The translations under genes were made by a program, and so were the position numbers. The notes below the pieces were generated by a model that saw only the letters and a program-made list of their open reading frames with translations, ran no database searches and was not told the DNA's origin. 64,000 nt of DNA from Myxococcota bacterium (GTDB taxonomy: Bacteria; Myxococcota_A; UBA9042; PHBI01; JAWLBL01), in NCBI GenBank assembly GCA_041687695.1, contig JAWLBL010000011.1:165726-229725 (forward strand). Reading direction: 5' to 3'. This document shows positions 28,881 to 39,119 of this stretch, in pieces. Positions within the stretch are counted from its first letter, which is position 1. Every line of letters starts with the position of its first letter.

Positions 28881-29465
28881 TCAGGGACAGGCGCGCGTGT
28901 CGCTCGACAGCTCGATGTCGAGCAGGACGTCGACCAGCATGTAGTCGGCCGAGAACGACGTCAGCTCGCCGGTGACGCGCACGTCCCAGGCGGGCTTGTC
29001 GCTCAGGGCCAGGTCGGCGATGAGGTCGCGGCCGGCCTGGTGGACGGTGAACTCGGGGTCGGCGAGCGTGTAGAGGTCGCGCTCGGCGACGAGGCCGTCG
29101 AAGTCGGCGAGCGGCACGAAGTTGGTCGTGCCGGCGGGGGCGACCTCGAGGCTGTACAGGAACGGCAGCGGGCTCTGGACGCTGTCGAGAGTGCGGATCT
29201 CGATGTACGACAGCGACGGATCGAGGCCGGCGCAGCGCAGGTGGCGGCGGAGATCGACGTAGCGGCTCTCGGAGCGCAGGTCGTCGAAGGGGATGACCGC
29301 CACGTGCGGGTCGTCGACCGGGAACGGGGTGTTCTCGTCGCCGTACACGATGCTCGTCTGCTGCTCGATCGAGAGATCGACCAGGGTGTGGTGGTCGCTG
29401 TCGCAGGCGGACGCGGCGAGGCCGGCCACGGCGAGGGGCAGGAGGCGAAACGGATTTGGCGTCAT
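28881..29465 (-). CDS. Hypothetical lipoprotein
   Basis: Lipobox AASAC; GC3-biased frame. Confidence 0.65.
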   Translation of the reverse strand: MTPNPFRLLPLAVAGLAASACDSDHHTLVDLSIEQQTSIVYGDENTPFPVDDPHVAVIPFDDLRSESRYVDLRRHLRCAGLDPSLSYIEIRTLDSVQSPLPFLYSLEVAPAGTTNFVPLADFDGLVAERDLYTLADPEFTVHQAGRDLIADLALSDKPAWDVRVTGELTSFSADYMLVDVLLDIELSSDTRACP

Positions 29466-29667
29466 GACGAGGCAGCCTATCGGTACGGGGTCCAACGGTC
29501 CAGCGGGACCGCGCGCGCGGGGGGCGGCGGGCCCGGCCGTGCTTGACAGGGCGGGCGAAACAGGGCCAAGGACGCCGGTGCGTGCGTCGTATTCACGCCG
29601 CGGGCGCGGACCCGGGATGAGGCGGGGCGCCCGGCGTGTTGTGAGCCGTCCAACAGTCGGGGGAGTC

Positions 29668-30591
29668 ATGGAGTCGTTCCAGCGCATCGAGCTCGTCACG
29701 CCCGACGGCGTCCGGCTCGCCGTCCACGACCGGCCGGGGCCGTCGCCCGAGGCGCCGGTGCTGTTCCTGTCCAACGGCCTGGGCGGCAACCTGCCGGCCT
29801 GGCGGCACCTGGTGGCCCACTTCGGCGCGACGCACCGCATCGTCAGCTGGGACTACCGCGGCCTGTACGGCTCGGCGTTCACGCCCGACCAGCGCACGCG
29901 CCACATCCCGCTGGACGTGGCCGCCCACGCGGGCGACGCCATCGCCGTCCTCGATCGCCTGGGCATCACGCGCGCGGTCTTCATCGGCTGGTCCATGGGC
30001 GTGCAGCTGAACTTCGAGCTGGCCCGCCTCGTGCGCCCGCGCATCGAGGCCATCGTCGCGATGAACGGGACCTACGGGCGGCCGCTGCACACGACCGTCT
30101 TCGGGCGCGTCGGCCCGCGCATCATCCCGCACGGCATGGAGGGCATGCGCCTGGGCCTGGTGGCGCTGCGCTCGCTGGTGCGCCGGGCCGCCGAGTTCCC
30201 GGTCGTCCTGGCCACGGCCAAGCGCCTGGGCGTCGTCGCCGACACGCTGGACGAGGCCGTCTTCCGCGATCTCGTCCGCGAGTACGTCCTGCTCGACTTC
30301 ACGACCTACAACAAGATCCTCTACGCCCTGGGCCGCCACGACTGCGAGTCGGTCCTCGCCGGCCTCGACGTCCCGGTCCTGGTCATCGCCGGCGGGCGCG
30401 ACCCGATGACGCCGCACTGGCTGTCCAAGCGCATGGTCGAGCTGCTGCCCGACGCCGAGCTGGCCGAGTTCCCCAAGGGCACCCACTATGTGCCGGTCGA
30501 GTTCCCGCGCGAGGTCAACGCGCGCCTCGAGCGCTTCCTCCGGGACAAGGTCGGACACCTCGGCGCCGAGGGGCGCGAGGCCACCGGCTGA
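29668..30591 (+). CDS. Alpha/beta hydrolase
   Basis: WDYRG, nucleophile elbow GWSMG, catalytic D (RDPM) and H (GTHY). Confidence 0.88.
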   Translation: MESFQRIELVTPDGVRLAVHDRPGPSPEAPVLFLSNGLGGNLPAWRHLVAHFGATHRIVSWDYRGLYGSAFTPDQRTRHIPLDVAAHAGDAIAVLDRLGITRAVFIGWSMGVQLNFELARLVRPRIEAIVAMNGTYGRPLHTTVFGRVGPRIIPHGMEGMRLGLVALRSLVRRAAEFPVVLATAKRLGVVADTLDEAVFRDLVREYVLLDFTTYNKILYALGRHDCESVLAGLDVPVLVIAGGRDPMTPHWLSKRMVELLPDAELAEFPKGTHYVPVEFPREVNARLERFLRDKVGHLGAEGREATG

Positions 30592-30657
30592 GCCCTTGGT
30601 CACGTGCGCGGCGTGCTTAGGGTCGCGCACGCCGAACGCTCGGGAGGAGGTGCGTCC

Positions 30658-31353
30658 ATGATCTTCGATCCGCTCTATCTGCTCATCCTCGTGGCCTCGG
30701 GGCTGCTGGGCTTTTGGGCCCAGCTCAAGGTCAAGGGGACCTTCCACAAGTGGAGCCGCGTCACGACCGGCGCCCGCATGACCGGCGCCGAGGTCGCGCG
30801 CGAGATCCTGCACGAGTCGGGCATCTTCGACGTGAAGATCGAGCGCGTCCACGGGTTCCTGTCGGACCACTACGACCCCGGCAGCAAGACGCTGCGGCTG
30901 TCGCCCGACGTCTACGACTCGACGTCCGTCGCCGCCGCGGGCGTCGCCGCCCACGAGGTCGGCCACGCGATCCAGCACGCGCGCCAGTACTTTCCCCTCC
31001 AGGTGCGCTCTTTCCTGGCGCCCGCCGCGGCCTTTGGCGGCAACATCTCGATCTACGTCATCATCCTGGGCATCATCACCGGCGCCCTCGGGATGGCGAA
31101 GATCGGCGTCCTGCTCTTTGGCCTGTCCACCCTCTTCGTGCTCGTGACGCTGCCGGTCGAGTTCGACGCGTCGAACCGCGCCAAGCGGCTGCTGCCGGCC
31201 CTGGGCCTGGCGCAGGGCGGGCACGAGGTCTCGGGCGTGCGGTCCGTGCTCAACGCGGCCGCGCTCACCTACGTGGCCGCCGCGGTCAGCTCGGTCGCCA
31301 TGCTCTTGTACTGGATGCTCCGCGCGGGGCTCATCGGCGGTCGACAAGAATGA
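30658..31353 (+). CDS. YugP-like neutral zinc metallopeptidase
   Basis: LSDHYDP, AAHEVGHAIQH, TLPVEFDAS.RA, AAALTYVAA; GGAGGAGG RBS. Confidence 0.92.
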   Translation: MIFDPLYLLILVASGLLGFWAQLKVKGTFHKWSRVTTGARMTGAEVAREILHESGIFDVKIERVHGFLSDHYDPGSKTLRLSPDVYDSTSVAAAGVAAHEVGHAIQHARQYFPLQVRSFLAPAAAFGGNISIYVIILGIITGALGMAKIGVLLFGLSTLFVLVTLPVEFDASNRAKRLLPALGLAQGGHEVSGVRSVLNAAALTYVAAAVSSVAMLLYWMLRAGLIGGRQE

Positions 31354-32120
31354 CGGACACGATTGACGGCGCGACGGACGCGGACGGCGCGGCCTCGGGT
31401 CAACCCATCGTCGCCCTGCGCGCGGTCGAGAAGGACTACGCGCTGGGCAAGACCACGGTCCACGCCCTGCGCGGCGTGGATCTGACCCTGGGACGCGGCG
31501 AGTTCGCGGCCATCGCGGGCCCCTCGGGCAGCGGCAAGACCACGCTGCTCAACCTGGTGGGCTGCGTCGATCAGGCGACCCGCGGGCAGGTCCTGGTCGA
31601 CGGGCAGGACACGGGCCGCCTGTCCGAGCGCAAGCTGACCGAGCTGCGGCTCAACAAGATCGGCTTCATCTTCCAGACCTTCAACCTCATCCCGGTGCTC
31701 GACGTGTTCGACAACGTCGAGTTCCCGCTGCTGCTGCAGAAGGGCGTGTCCAAGGCCGAGCGCCGGCGGCGCGTCCTGGACCTGGTCGAGCGCGTGGGCC
31801 TGACGGCGCAGCTGAAGCAGCGGCCGGGCGAGCTGTCGGGCGGGCAGCGCCAGCGCGTCGCCATCGCGCGCGCGCTGGTGACGCGGCCGCGCATCGTGCT
31901 GGCCGACGAGCCGACGGCGAACCTGGACAGCGAGACCGGCCGCCGCATCATCGATCTCATGCGCGAGATCAACGAGGCCGAGCGGACGACCTTCATCTTC
32001 TCGACCCACGACCACCAGGTGATGAGCTACGCGCGGCGCATGATCCGGCTGGTCGACGGCCGCATCGCCGAGGACGGCGCCCTCGCGACCGGGGCGGCGC
32101 CGCGGGCGGCGAACGGCTGA
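31350..32120 (+). CDS. ABC transporter ATP-binding protein (LolD/MacB-like)
   Basis: GPSGSGKT, LSGGQRQRVAIARAL, LADEPT. Confidence 0.95.
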   Translation: MTDTIDGATDADGAASGQPIVALRAVEKDYALGKTTVHALRGVDLTLGRGEFAAIAGPSGSGKTTLLNLVGCVDQATRGQVLVDGQDTGRLSERKLTELRLNKIGFIFQTFNLIPVLDVFDNVEFPLLLQKGVSKAERRRRVLDLVERVGLTAQLKQRPGELSGGQRQRVAIARALVTRPRIVLADEPTANLDSETGRRIIDLMREINEAERTTFIFSTHDHQVMSYARRMIRLVDGRIAEDGALATGAAPRAANG

Positions 32121-34192
32121 TGCTGCTCCGCATCGCCTTCCGCAACCTCTGGCTGCACCGCCTGCGCACCCTCATCGTCGGGGGCATCCTGACGTTCGGC
32201 ACGGTGCTGGTCATCGTCGGCAACGCGGTGCTCGACGCCATCGACGCCGGCATGGAGCGCAGCATCGTCCACAGCATCGCCGGGCACCTGCAGGTCTTCT
32301 CGGACGACGCCAAGGACGAGCTGCAGATCTTCGGCGCCATCGGCATGGCCGAGCAGGACATCGGGCGCATCGACGACTACGCCGCCGTCGAAGCGGCCCT
32401 GGCCGAGCTCGACAACGTGGCCGCCGTCGTCCCGATGGGGCAGCACAACTCCATCGTCTTCGGCTCGAACCTGCTCGAGCGCAAGCTGCGCGACCTGAGG
32501 CAGGCGGTCGAGGACCGGGACGCCGCGCGCGTGGCGTCGCTCAAGGCCCACGTTCGCAGCGTCGTGGCCGGCCTCGAGGAGGATCTGTCCAAGGTCGGCG
32601 AGCTGGCCGCCGACGACGCCGCCGACCCGCAGCAGCTCGAGGCGCTCGAGCGCGTGCAGCAGGACGCCTTCTGGCAGGGGTTCGACGAGGACCCGGTCGC
32701 CGCGCTCGAGCTTCTGGACACGCGGGTGGCGCCGCTGGTGATGAACCCGTCGATGTACTTCCTGCGCTACATCGGCACCGACCCCGACCGCTTCGCCGAG
32801 ACCTTCGAGCTGTTCGAGATCGTCGACGGGCAGGCCATCCCCGAGGGCGAGCGCGGGCTGCTGCTGAACAAGAGCGTCTACGAGAAGTGGATCAAGGACC
32901 GCACGGCGCGGCGCCTGGACGACGTCAAGGAGGCGCGCGAGACCGAGGGCCGGCGCATCGCCGACGACGAGAGCCTGCAGACGCTGGTGCGCTACAACCG
33001 CGAGCAGGTGGCCAGCCTGCTGCGCGAGATCGACCCCGACGAGGCGCAGGCCCTGGCCACGGCGCTGCGCGAGGCGCTGGGCGCGAGCGACACCGAGCTG
33101 CCCGCGCTGCTGACGAAGCTGCTGGACACGACCGACGCCAACTTCGACCGGCATTACGCCATCTTCTACGAGCACGTCGCGCCGCGCATCCCGCTGTACG
33201 CCTTCCCGGTCGGCAGCGAGATGACCATCACCTCGTTCACCCGCGCCGGGTACGTGCGGTCGGTGAACCTGAAGGTCTGGGGCACCTACCAGTTCCGCAG
33301 CCTCGAGAAGTCGGCGCTGGCGGGCGGGCACCACCTGATGGATCTGGTCAGCTTCCGCGAGCTGTACGGCTTCGTGACGGCCGAGCAGCAGGCCGAGATC
33401 GCGGTCATCAAGGACAAGGCGGGCGCCCAGGAGGTCGCGCGGGCCGAGGCCGAGGACGTGCTGTTCGGCGAGGACGCGGAGCTGGTCGACGAGACGGAGC
33501 GCACCGGCTTCGACGAGTTCCAGGGGGCGCAGCTGGCCGGCGTGCGGGCCGAGGCCGAGGCGCGGTCGACCCGCTTCACGCGGGCGGATCTGTACGAGGG
33601 GCCGGCCCTGAACGTGGCCGTGCTGCTGAAGGACCCGGCGCGGCTGCCCGAGACGCGCGCCGCCATCGAGCGGATCGCCGACGAGCGCGGGCTGGGGCTG
33701 CAGACGCGCACCTGGCACGAGGCGTCGGGCCTGGTCGGGCAGATGGTGACCTCGGTGCGGCTCGTGCTGTACGTGGCGGTCGCCATCATCTTCATCGTGG
33801 CGCTGGTCATCCTGAACAACACGATGGTCATGGCGACCATGGAGCGCGTGCGCGAGATCGGCACCATCCGCGCCATCGGCGGCCAGCGCGGCTTCATCCT
33901 GCGCCTGTTCCTGCTCGAGACGCTGCTGCTGGGCCTCGTCTTCGGGGTCGTCGGCGCGCTGGCGGGCGGCGGCCTGGTCACCTGGATGGGCACGGCCGGG
34001 CTGCCGGCCAGCCACGACATCCTGTACTTCCTGTTCGCCGGCCCGGCGCTGTACCCGACCCTGACCGTCGGGCACGTCGTCGGCGCCCTGTCGCTCATCC
34101 TGGTGGTCGGCCTGCTCTCGACCTTCTACCCGGCGGTCATCGCGACGCGCATCACCCCGATCGAGGCCATGAACGCCAAGGAGGCCGCGTGA
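32120..34192 (+). CDS. FtsX-like ABC permease with large periplasmic insertion
   Basis: IAFRNL..HRLRT; ERVREIGTIRAIG; 4 TM helices. Confidence 0.9.
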   Translation: MLLRIAFRNLWLHRLRTLIVGGILTFGTVLVIVGNAVLDAIDAGMERSIVHSIAGHLQVFSDDAKDELQIFGAIGMAEQDIGRIDDYAAVEAALAELDNVAAVVPMGQHNSIVFGSNLLERKLRDLRQAVEDRDAARVASLKAHVRSVVAGLEEDLSKVGELAADDAADPQQLEALERVQQDAFWQGFDEDPVAALELLDTRVAPLVMNPSMYFLRYIGTDPDRFAETFELFEIVDGQAIPEGERGLLLNKSVYEKWIKDRTARRLDDVKEARETEGRRIADDESLQTLVRYNREQVASLLREIDPDEAQALATALREALGASDTELPALLTKLLDTTDANFDRHYAIFYEHVAPRIPLYAFPVGSEMTITSFTRAGYVRSVNLKVWGTYQFRSLEKSALAGGHHLMDLVSFRELYGFVTAEQQAEIAVIKDKAGAQEVARAEAEDVLFGEDAELVDETERTGFDEFQGAQLAGVRAEAEARSTRFTRADLYEGPALNVAVLLKDPARLPETRAAIERIADERGLGLQTRTWHEASGLVGQMVTSVRLVLYVAVAIIFIVALVILNNTMVMATMERVREIGTIRAIGGQRGFILRLFLLETLLLGLVFGVVGALAGGGLVTWMGTAGLPASHDILYFLFAGPALYPTLTVGHVVGALSLILVVGLLSTFYPAVIATRITPIEAMNAKEAA

Positions 34193-35496
34193 AGCAGCTC
34201 TTGCGCATCGGGGTGCGGAACCTGCTGCAGAACCGGCGGCGCAGCCTGATGCTGGGCGGCGCCATCGCGCTGGTCACGCTGCTGCTGGTCATGCTGCTCG
34301 CCATCTCGGGCGGCATGCAGGCGACGATGCTGCGCTCGGCGACCACGCTGACGACCGGGCACGTCAACGTCGCCGGCTTCTACAAGGTGACCTCGACCGG
34401 GTCGGGGCCGCTGGTGTCGGGCTACCCCAAGCTGCTCGAGCTGGTGCGCGAGACCGTCCCCGAGGCCAAGCTGGTCGTCCCGCGGGCGCGCGGGTGGGGC
34501 AAGATCATCAGCGAGACGTCGTCGCTCCAGGCCGAGGTGGGCGGCGTCGACATCGCCGGCGAGGCGACCTTCCGCGAGGTCGTCCGGGTCGAGGAGGGCT
34601 CGCTCGACGGGCTGGCCGAGCCCGGCACGCTGCTGGTGTTCCGCAAGCAGGCCGAGCGGCTGGGGCTGGCGGTCGGCGACATGGTGACCATCAGCGCGCC
34701 GACCTTCCGCGGCGTGAACAACACGGTCGACGTGCGCGTCGTGGCCATCGCGGCCGATCTGGGGCTCCTCAGCCAGATGGTCGTGTTCACCCCCGCGCAG
34801 ACCGTGCGCAAGCTCTACCAGCTCTCGGACGAGACCACCGGCGCGCTGATGATCACCTTGCACGACCGGGCCGACGCGCCGGCCGTGCAGGAGCGGCTAC
34901 GCAAGGTCATCGGTGAGGCCGGCTACACGCTGATGGACGTGCAGGCCGGGCAGCCCTACTGGATGAAGTTCGACACCGTGAACCGCGAGGACTGGACCGG
35001 CCAGAAGATCGACGTCACCCGCTGGGACGACGAGGCGTCGTTCCTCAAGCGCATGGTCGACACCTTCGACGTGCTGGCGGCGCTGCTGGTGGGGGTGCTG
35101 CTGGTCATCATCGTGGTCGGCATCATGAACACCCTGTGGATGACCATCCGCGAGCGGACCAGCGAGATCGGCACCCTGCGGGCCATCGGGATGGCCAGGT
35201 CGCGGGTCCTGTCGATGTTCCTCATCGAGTCGTTCGTGCTCTCGGCCAGCGCCAGCCTCTTCGGCGCCGCGGTGGGCCTGGGCCTGGCGCTCGGCCTCGA
35301 CGGCTGGGGCATCCCCATCGGCAACGAGTCGCTTCAGATCTTCCTGATGAGTGACACCCTGCGCCTCGCCATCGACCTGCCGACGCTGGCGCGCGCGCTG
35401 GTCACGGTGGTCGCCGTGACGACGCTGGGCGCGCTGTACCCCTCGTGGCGCGCCGCCCGCATGCGCCCGGTGACCGCCATCCACACGGTCGGCTGA
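34189..35496 (+). CDS. FtsX/MacB-like ABC permease
   Basis: RNLLQNRRRS; ERTSEIGTLRAIG; YPSWRAARM.P. Confidence 0.9.
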   Translation: MKQLLRIGVRNLLQNRRRSLMLGGAIALVTLLLVMLLAISGGMQATMLRSATTLTTGHVNVAGFYKVTSTGSGPLVSGYPKLLELVRETVPEAKLVVPRARGWGKIISETSSLQAEVGGVDIAGEATFREVVRVEEGSLDGLAEPGTLLVFRKQAERLGLAVGDMVTISAPTFRGVNNTVDVRVVAIAADLGLLSQMVVFTPAQTVRKLYQLSDETTGALMITLHDRADAPAVQERLRKVIGEAGYTLMDVQAGQPYWMKFDTVNREDWTGQKIDVTRWDDEASFLKRMVDTFDVLAALLVGVLLVIIVVGIMNTLWMTIRERTSEIGTLRAIGMARSRVLSMFLIESFVLSASASLFGAAVGLGLALGLDGWGIPIGNESLQIFLMSDTLRLAIDLPTLARALVTVVAVTTLGALYPSWRAARMRPVTAIHTVG

Positions 35497-35525
35497 GACC
35501 GTCGGACCCCGCCAAGGAGCCCCCG

Positions 35526-36335
35526 ATGTCCTTCACGCTCGCTTCGCTCCCTCGCGCGCTGGCGCTGGCCCTGACCGCCGCGCTCGGCGCCCTGGCGCTG
35601 CTGGCGCCCTCGAAGGCCGCCGCGCTGGACGAGCCCGCCATGATCGAGCTGCTGAAGGAGGTCGACGTCCGCCAACGCAACTCGGGCGACTGGAAGGCGC
35701 TGGCCTACATGCAGCAGAAGGAGAAGGGCAAGAGCGACGTCGCCTACGAGATGGTCATCTATCGGCGCGACGCCGACGAGAAGCTGATGTTCCTGTTCAT
35801 GGCGCCCAAGTCCGAGGCCGGCAAGGGCTACCTGCGCATCGACGACAACATCTGGATGTACGACCCGAACGTCGGCAAGTGGGAGCGGCGCACCGAGCGC
35901 GAGCGCATCGGCGGCACCGACAGCCGCCGCGCCGACTTCGACCAGTCGAAGCTGGCCGTCGAGTACACGCCGACCTACCTGGGCGCGGACAAGCTGGGCA
36001 AGTTCGACGTCCACAAGCTCAAGCTCGCCGTCAAGGCGGGCCGCGACGTGGCGTGGCCCATCATCGAGCTGTGGGTGGACCAGGCGACCGGGAACGTGCT
36101 CAAGCGGCAGGAGTTCGCGCTCAGCGGCAAGCTGATGCGCACCGCGCTGTACCCCAAGTGGCACAAGGTCTACAGCGAGTCGAAGCAGGCCGACGTCTGG
36201 TACCCCAAGCAGATGTACTTCTACGACGAGGTCGAAAAGGGCAACCAGACCATCGTCAGCATCAAGGACATCGATCTGCGAGGGCTCGACAAGAACATGT
36301 TCACCAAGGCCTGGCTCGAGTCCAAGAGCCGATGA
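35526..36335 (+). CDS. Outer-membrane lipoprotein-sorting (LolA-like) protein
   Basis: F..PKSEAGKGYL...DNIWMYDP, GTD...D, C-terminal FTKAWLE. Confidence 0.82.
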   Translation: MSFTLASLPRALALALTAALGALALLAPSKAAALDEPAMIELLKEVDVRQRNSGDWKALAYMQQKEKGKSDVAYEMVIYRRDADEKLMFLFMAPKSEAGKGYLRIDDNIWMYDPNVGKWERRTERERIGGTDSRRADFDQSKLAVEYTPTYLGADKLGKFDVHKLKLAVKAGRDVAWPIIELWVDQATGNVLKRQEFALSGKLMRTALYPKWHKVYSESKQADVWYPKQMYFYDEVEKGNQTIVSIKDIDLRGLDKNMFTKAWLESKSR

Positions 36336-37807
36336 GGCGCGGGCTGGCGTGGGCCGCGGCGGTGACGGTCGCGCTCCATGGGGCCCTGTCCGCCGCCCCG
36401 GCGTCCGCCCAGCCCGAGGGCGATCGTCCCGACGAGGACGAGCTGTTCGGCGGGTCGGACGACGACACCGACGACGCGCCGAGCCAGGCGCCCCAGAGGC
36501 CGTCGACCGGCGACGCCGAGGCCGACCGCGAGCGCGACCTCTTCGGCGGCGATGACGACGGGGACGCGCGCCCGGGGACCGGCATCGACGAGTCGCTGCT
36601 GGTCGACCCGCTGACCATCGGGGGCCAGGTCTACCTGCGCTTTGTGACGCAGGTGCAAGACGGGCGCGCGCTGACCGACTCGGTCTTCTCGATGCCCAAC
36701 CTGCTCGACCTGTACCTCGACGCGCGCCCCGACCCGCGCGTGCGCGCCTTCGTCAACGGCCGGCTGGTGTTCGACCCGACCGTGGACGAGGGCGACGTCG
36801 ACCTGGTCGGCCAGCCCATCGCCCAGTCGCGGGTCCTGCTGGACCAGATGTGGGTCAAGACCGACATCGCGCGGCGCGTGTTCCTGACGGTGGGGCAGGA
36901 GCGCATCAAGTGGGGCGCGGCGCGCCTGTGGAACCCGACCGATTTCCTGAACGCGACCCGCCGCGACCCGCTGACCTTCTTCGACGAGCGCACCGGCGTG
37001 CCGATGCTGAAGGTCCACGTGCCGTTCGAGGAGCTGGGCTGGAACGCCTACGGCTTCGCGCTTTTCGACGGCGCCGACACGCTGGGGCAGGTCGGCGGCG
37101 CGGGGCGGCTCGAGATGGTCTTCGGCACCGCCGAGGTCAGCCTGAGCGCGGTGGCCGGCGACCAGCGGCGCGGGGCCATCGGGGCGGACGTGTCGGCCGG
37201 CGTGGGCGAGCTGGACGTCTACGCCGAGGTGGCGCTGACCCACGAGCGCGGCCGCAAGCGGTGGTCGGGCGACTTCTCCCTGAGCCCGCTGACCCTGCCC
37301 GCCGAGCGGACGCTGGACGACTGGTTCGTGCAGGCGAGCGGCGGTTTCAGCTGGTCGTTCAAGCCCAACGAACAGGACTTCATGGCCCTGGGCGCCGAGT
37401 ACTTCTTCAACCCGCTCGGCTACGAAGACGCCGACCTGTACCCGTGGCTCATCCTCAACGGCGCCTTCGAGCCCTTCTACCTGGGCCGACACTACGCGGC
37501 GGTCTTCCTGCTGGTCCCGTCGCCCGGCGACTGGAACGACGTCACCTTCACGACCTCGACCCTGGGCAACCTGTCGGACCGCACCTTCGTCACGCGCGTG
37601 GACGCGGCCATCCAGGTGCACAACCGCCTGCGGGTGGAGGCCTACGCCCAGGTGCACTACGGGCGCGCGGGCGGCGAGCTGCGCTTCGAGCTGGAGATCC
37701 CCGACCTGGGCCCCCTCCGCGAGCAGCCCGACGTGACGCTGCCGCCGCCGGGGCGCATCCCGCCGCCGCTGATGAACCTGGGCCTGAACCTGCGCGTCGC
37801 CATCTGA
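36332..37807 (+). CDS. Putative outer-membrane beta-barrel protein
   Basis: Signal peptide; GQERIKWG...WNPTDFLN; amphipathic strands; last gene of the ABC operon. Confidence 0.7.
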   Translation: MRRGLAWAAAVTVALHGALSAAPASAQPEGDRPDEDELFGGSDDDTDDAPSQAPQRPSTGDAEADRERDLFGGDDDGDARPGTGIDESLLVDPLTIGGQVYLRFVTQVQDGRALTDSVFSMPNLLDLYLDARPDPRVRAFVNGRLVFDPTVDEGDVDLVGQPIAQSRVLLDQMWVKTDIARRVFLTVGQERIKWGAARLWNPTDFLNATRRDPLTFFDERTGVPMLKVHVPFEELGWNAYGFALFDGADTLGQVGGAGRLEMVFGTAEVSLSAVAGDQRRGAIGADVSAGVGELDVYAEVALTHERGRKRWSGDFSLSPLTLPAERTLDDWFVQASGGFSWSFKPNEQDFMALGAEYFFNPLGYEDADLYPWLILNGAFEPFYLGRHYAAVFLLVPSPGDWNDVTFTTSTLGNLSDRTFVTRVDAAIQVHNRLRVEAYAQVHYGRAGGELRFELEIPDLGPLREQPDVTLPPPGRIPPPLMNLGLNLRVAI

Positions 37808-37826
37808 CGCCCGGGCCCGGGGACGG

Positions 37827-39065
37827 TCAGGGCCCGGCGTGATCCCAGCCGGGGTCGTCGCCCGCGAAGGCGTGGATCCAGGCGCGGCCGCTGATGGGCG
37901 CGCCCGTGGCGCTGGGCGCGGTGGTCCAGGCCTTGTCGGTCAGCACGTGATCGAGGCCGTCGGCCAGGAAGAAGCGCTGGTTGCTCGCCGCGGCCAGCTT
38001 CTGTTGGTCGAGCGCCTGCTGGACACCGTCGACCGGCAGGCCGAAGTACCCGGCGATGACCGCGTCCTGCCGGAACGAGACCACGCCGACGCGGCTGGGG
38101 GCCGGCAGCGCGTCGGCCAGGAACGGGAGCACCTGGGACAGGCCGTCCTCGCAGTCGTCGCAGCCCGCGGGCCACTCGGGCGCCCACACCTTCACCGCGC
38201 CGGCGAAGCGGTCCCAGGCCATGTCGATGGGCAGGCCGCCGTCGCTCAGCACGTCCACGCGGACGCCCGGCCCGAAGGCGGCCTGAAAGCGCGTGGCGTT
38301 GAACAGGGCGCCATAGCCGCCAGCGCTGAGGCCGAAGAGCACGACCCGCGTGGCGTCGGGGAAGCTGGTGGCCAGGCGGTCCGCGAAGGCCTGCATGTTC
38401 AGCGCGCCGACGTGGTGGAGATCGCGCGTTTGGCCGAGCGCTTCATAGGTCTGCACGCGCGTGCCGAGGTGCAGGTCGCCCGTGCAGTAGGGCAGGAAGG
38501 CCTGGTGGGCGTCGCGCAGCGGGTTGTCGACGTCGTCGCGGTCCATCAGGACGCGCTTGGAGTGGGCGGCGGCCTGGGCGACGATCGCGGCCTCGCCCAG
38601 GGTGTCCTCGACGTAGGCGGCGGTCTTCAGGCCGTAGCAGGCGCCGACCTCCCAGCAGGCCCCGCCGCCCTGCACCAGGACCACCAGGGTGCTGGCGTCG
38701 GGGCTCGCGCGCAGGGCCAGGCCGGTGTCCGAGCCGTTGCCGCACCGCGCGCCCTCGACGGGCAGCCAGGTCCAGCTGGCGGAGGGCGTGTCAGCGTCGT
38801 CGGTCACGTCATCGGCCGACGCGCCGTCTTCGGCGACGTCCGCGGCGACGTCCGGCGCTTCGCCGACGTCCATGGTGTCGCCGGCGGCGTCATCGGCCGG
38901 GGCGCTGGTGTCGTCCTGGACCTCTACGTCGGCCTCGTCGAGCGCGGTGTCGACGTCGACGTCGGGCGCGGCGTCGGAGATCACGTCCGCGGGGGCGGCC
39001 GGACCGGCGGCGTTGGGGCCGCAGGCGGCCAGGGCGATGAGGAGGAGGGGCGAGGTGAGGCGCAT
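37827..39065 (-). CDS. Pectinacetylesterase/Notum-family lipoprotein
   Basis: Lipobox LAAC; C.NGS; QGGGACW; PYCTGD.H.G; GLSAGGYG. Confidence 0.85.
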   Translation of the reverse strand: MRLTSPLLLIALAACGPNAAGPAAPADVISDAAPDVDVDTALDEADVEVQDDTSAPADDAAGDTMDVGEAPDVAADVAEDGASADDVTDDADTPSASWTWLPVEGARCGNGSDTGLALRASPDASTLVVLVQGGGACWEVGACYGLKTAAYVEDTLGEAAIVAQAAAHSKRVLMDRDDVDNPLRDAHQAFLPYCTGDLHLGTRVQTYEALGQTRDLHHVGALNMQAFADRLATSFPDATRVVLFGLSAGGYGALFNATRFQAAFGPGVRVDVLSDGGLPIDMAWDRFAGAVKVWAPEWPAGCDDCEDGLSQVLPFLADALPAPSRVGVVSFRQDAVIAGYFGLPVDGVQQALDQQKLAAASNQRFFLADGLDHVLTDKAWTTAPSATGAPISGRAWIHAFAGDDPGWDHAGP

Positions 39066-39119
39066 GGGGGGGCTCGGTCGTCGATCCGTGAAGCGACGCA
39101 CCATCATCGCTGGCTCCGC

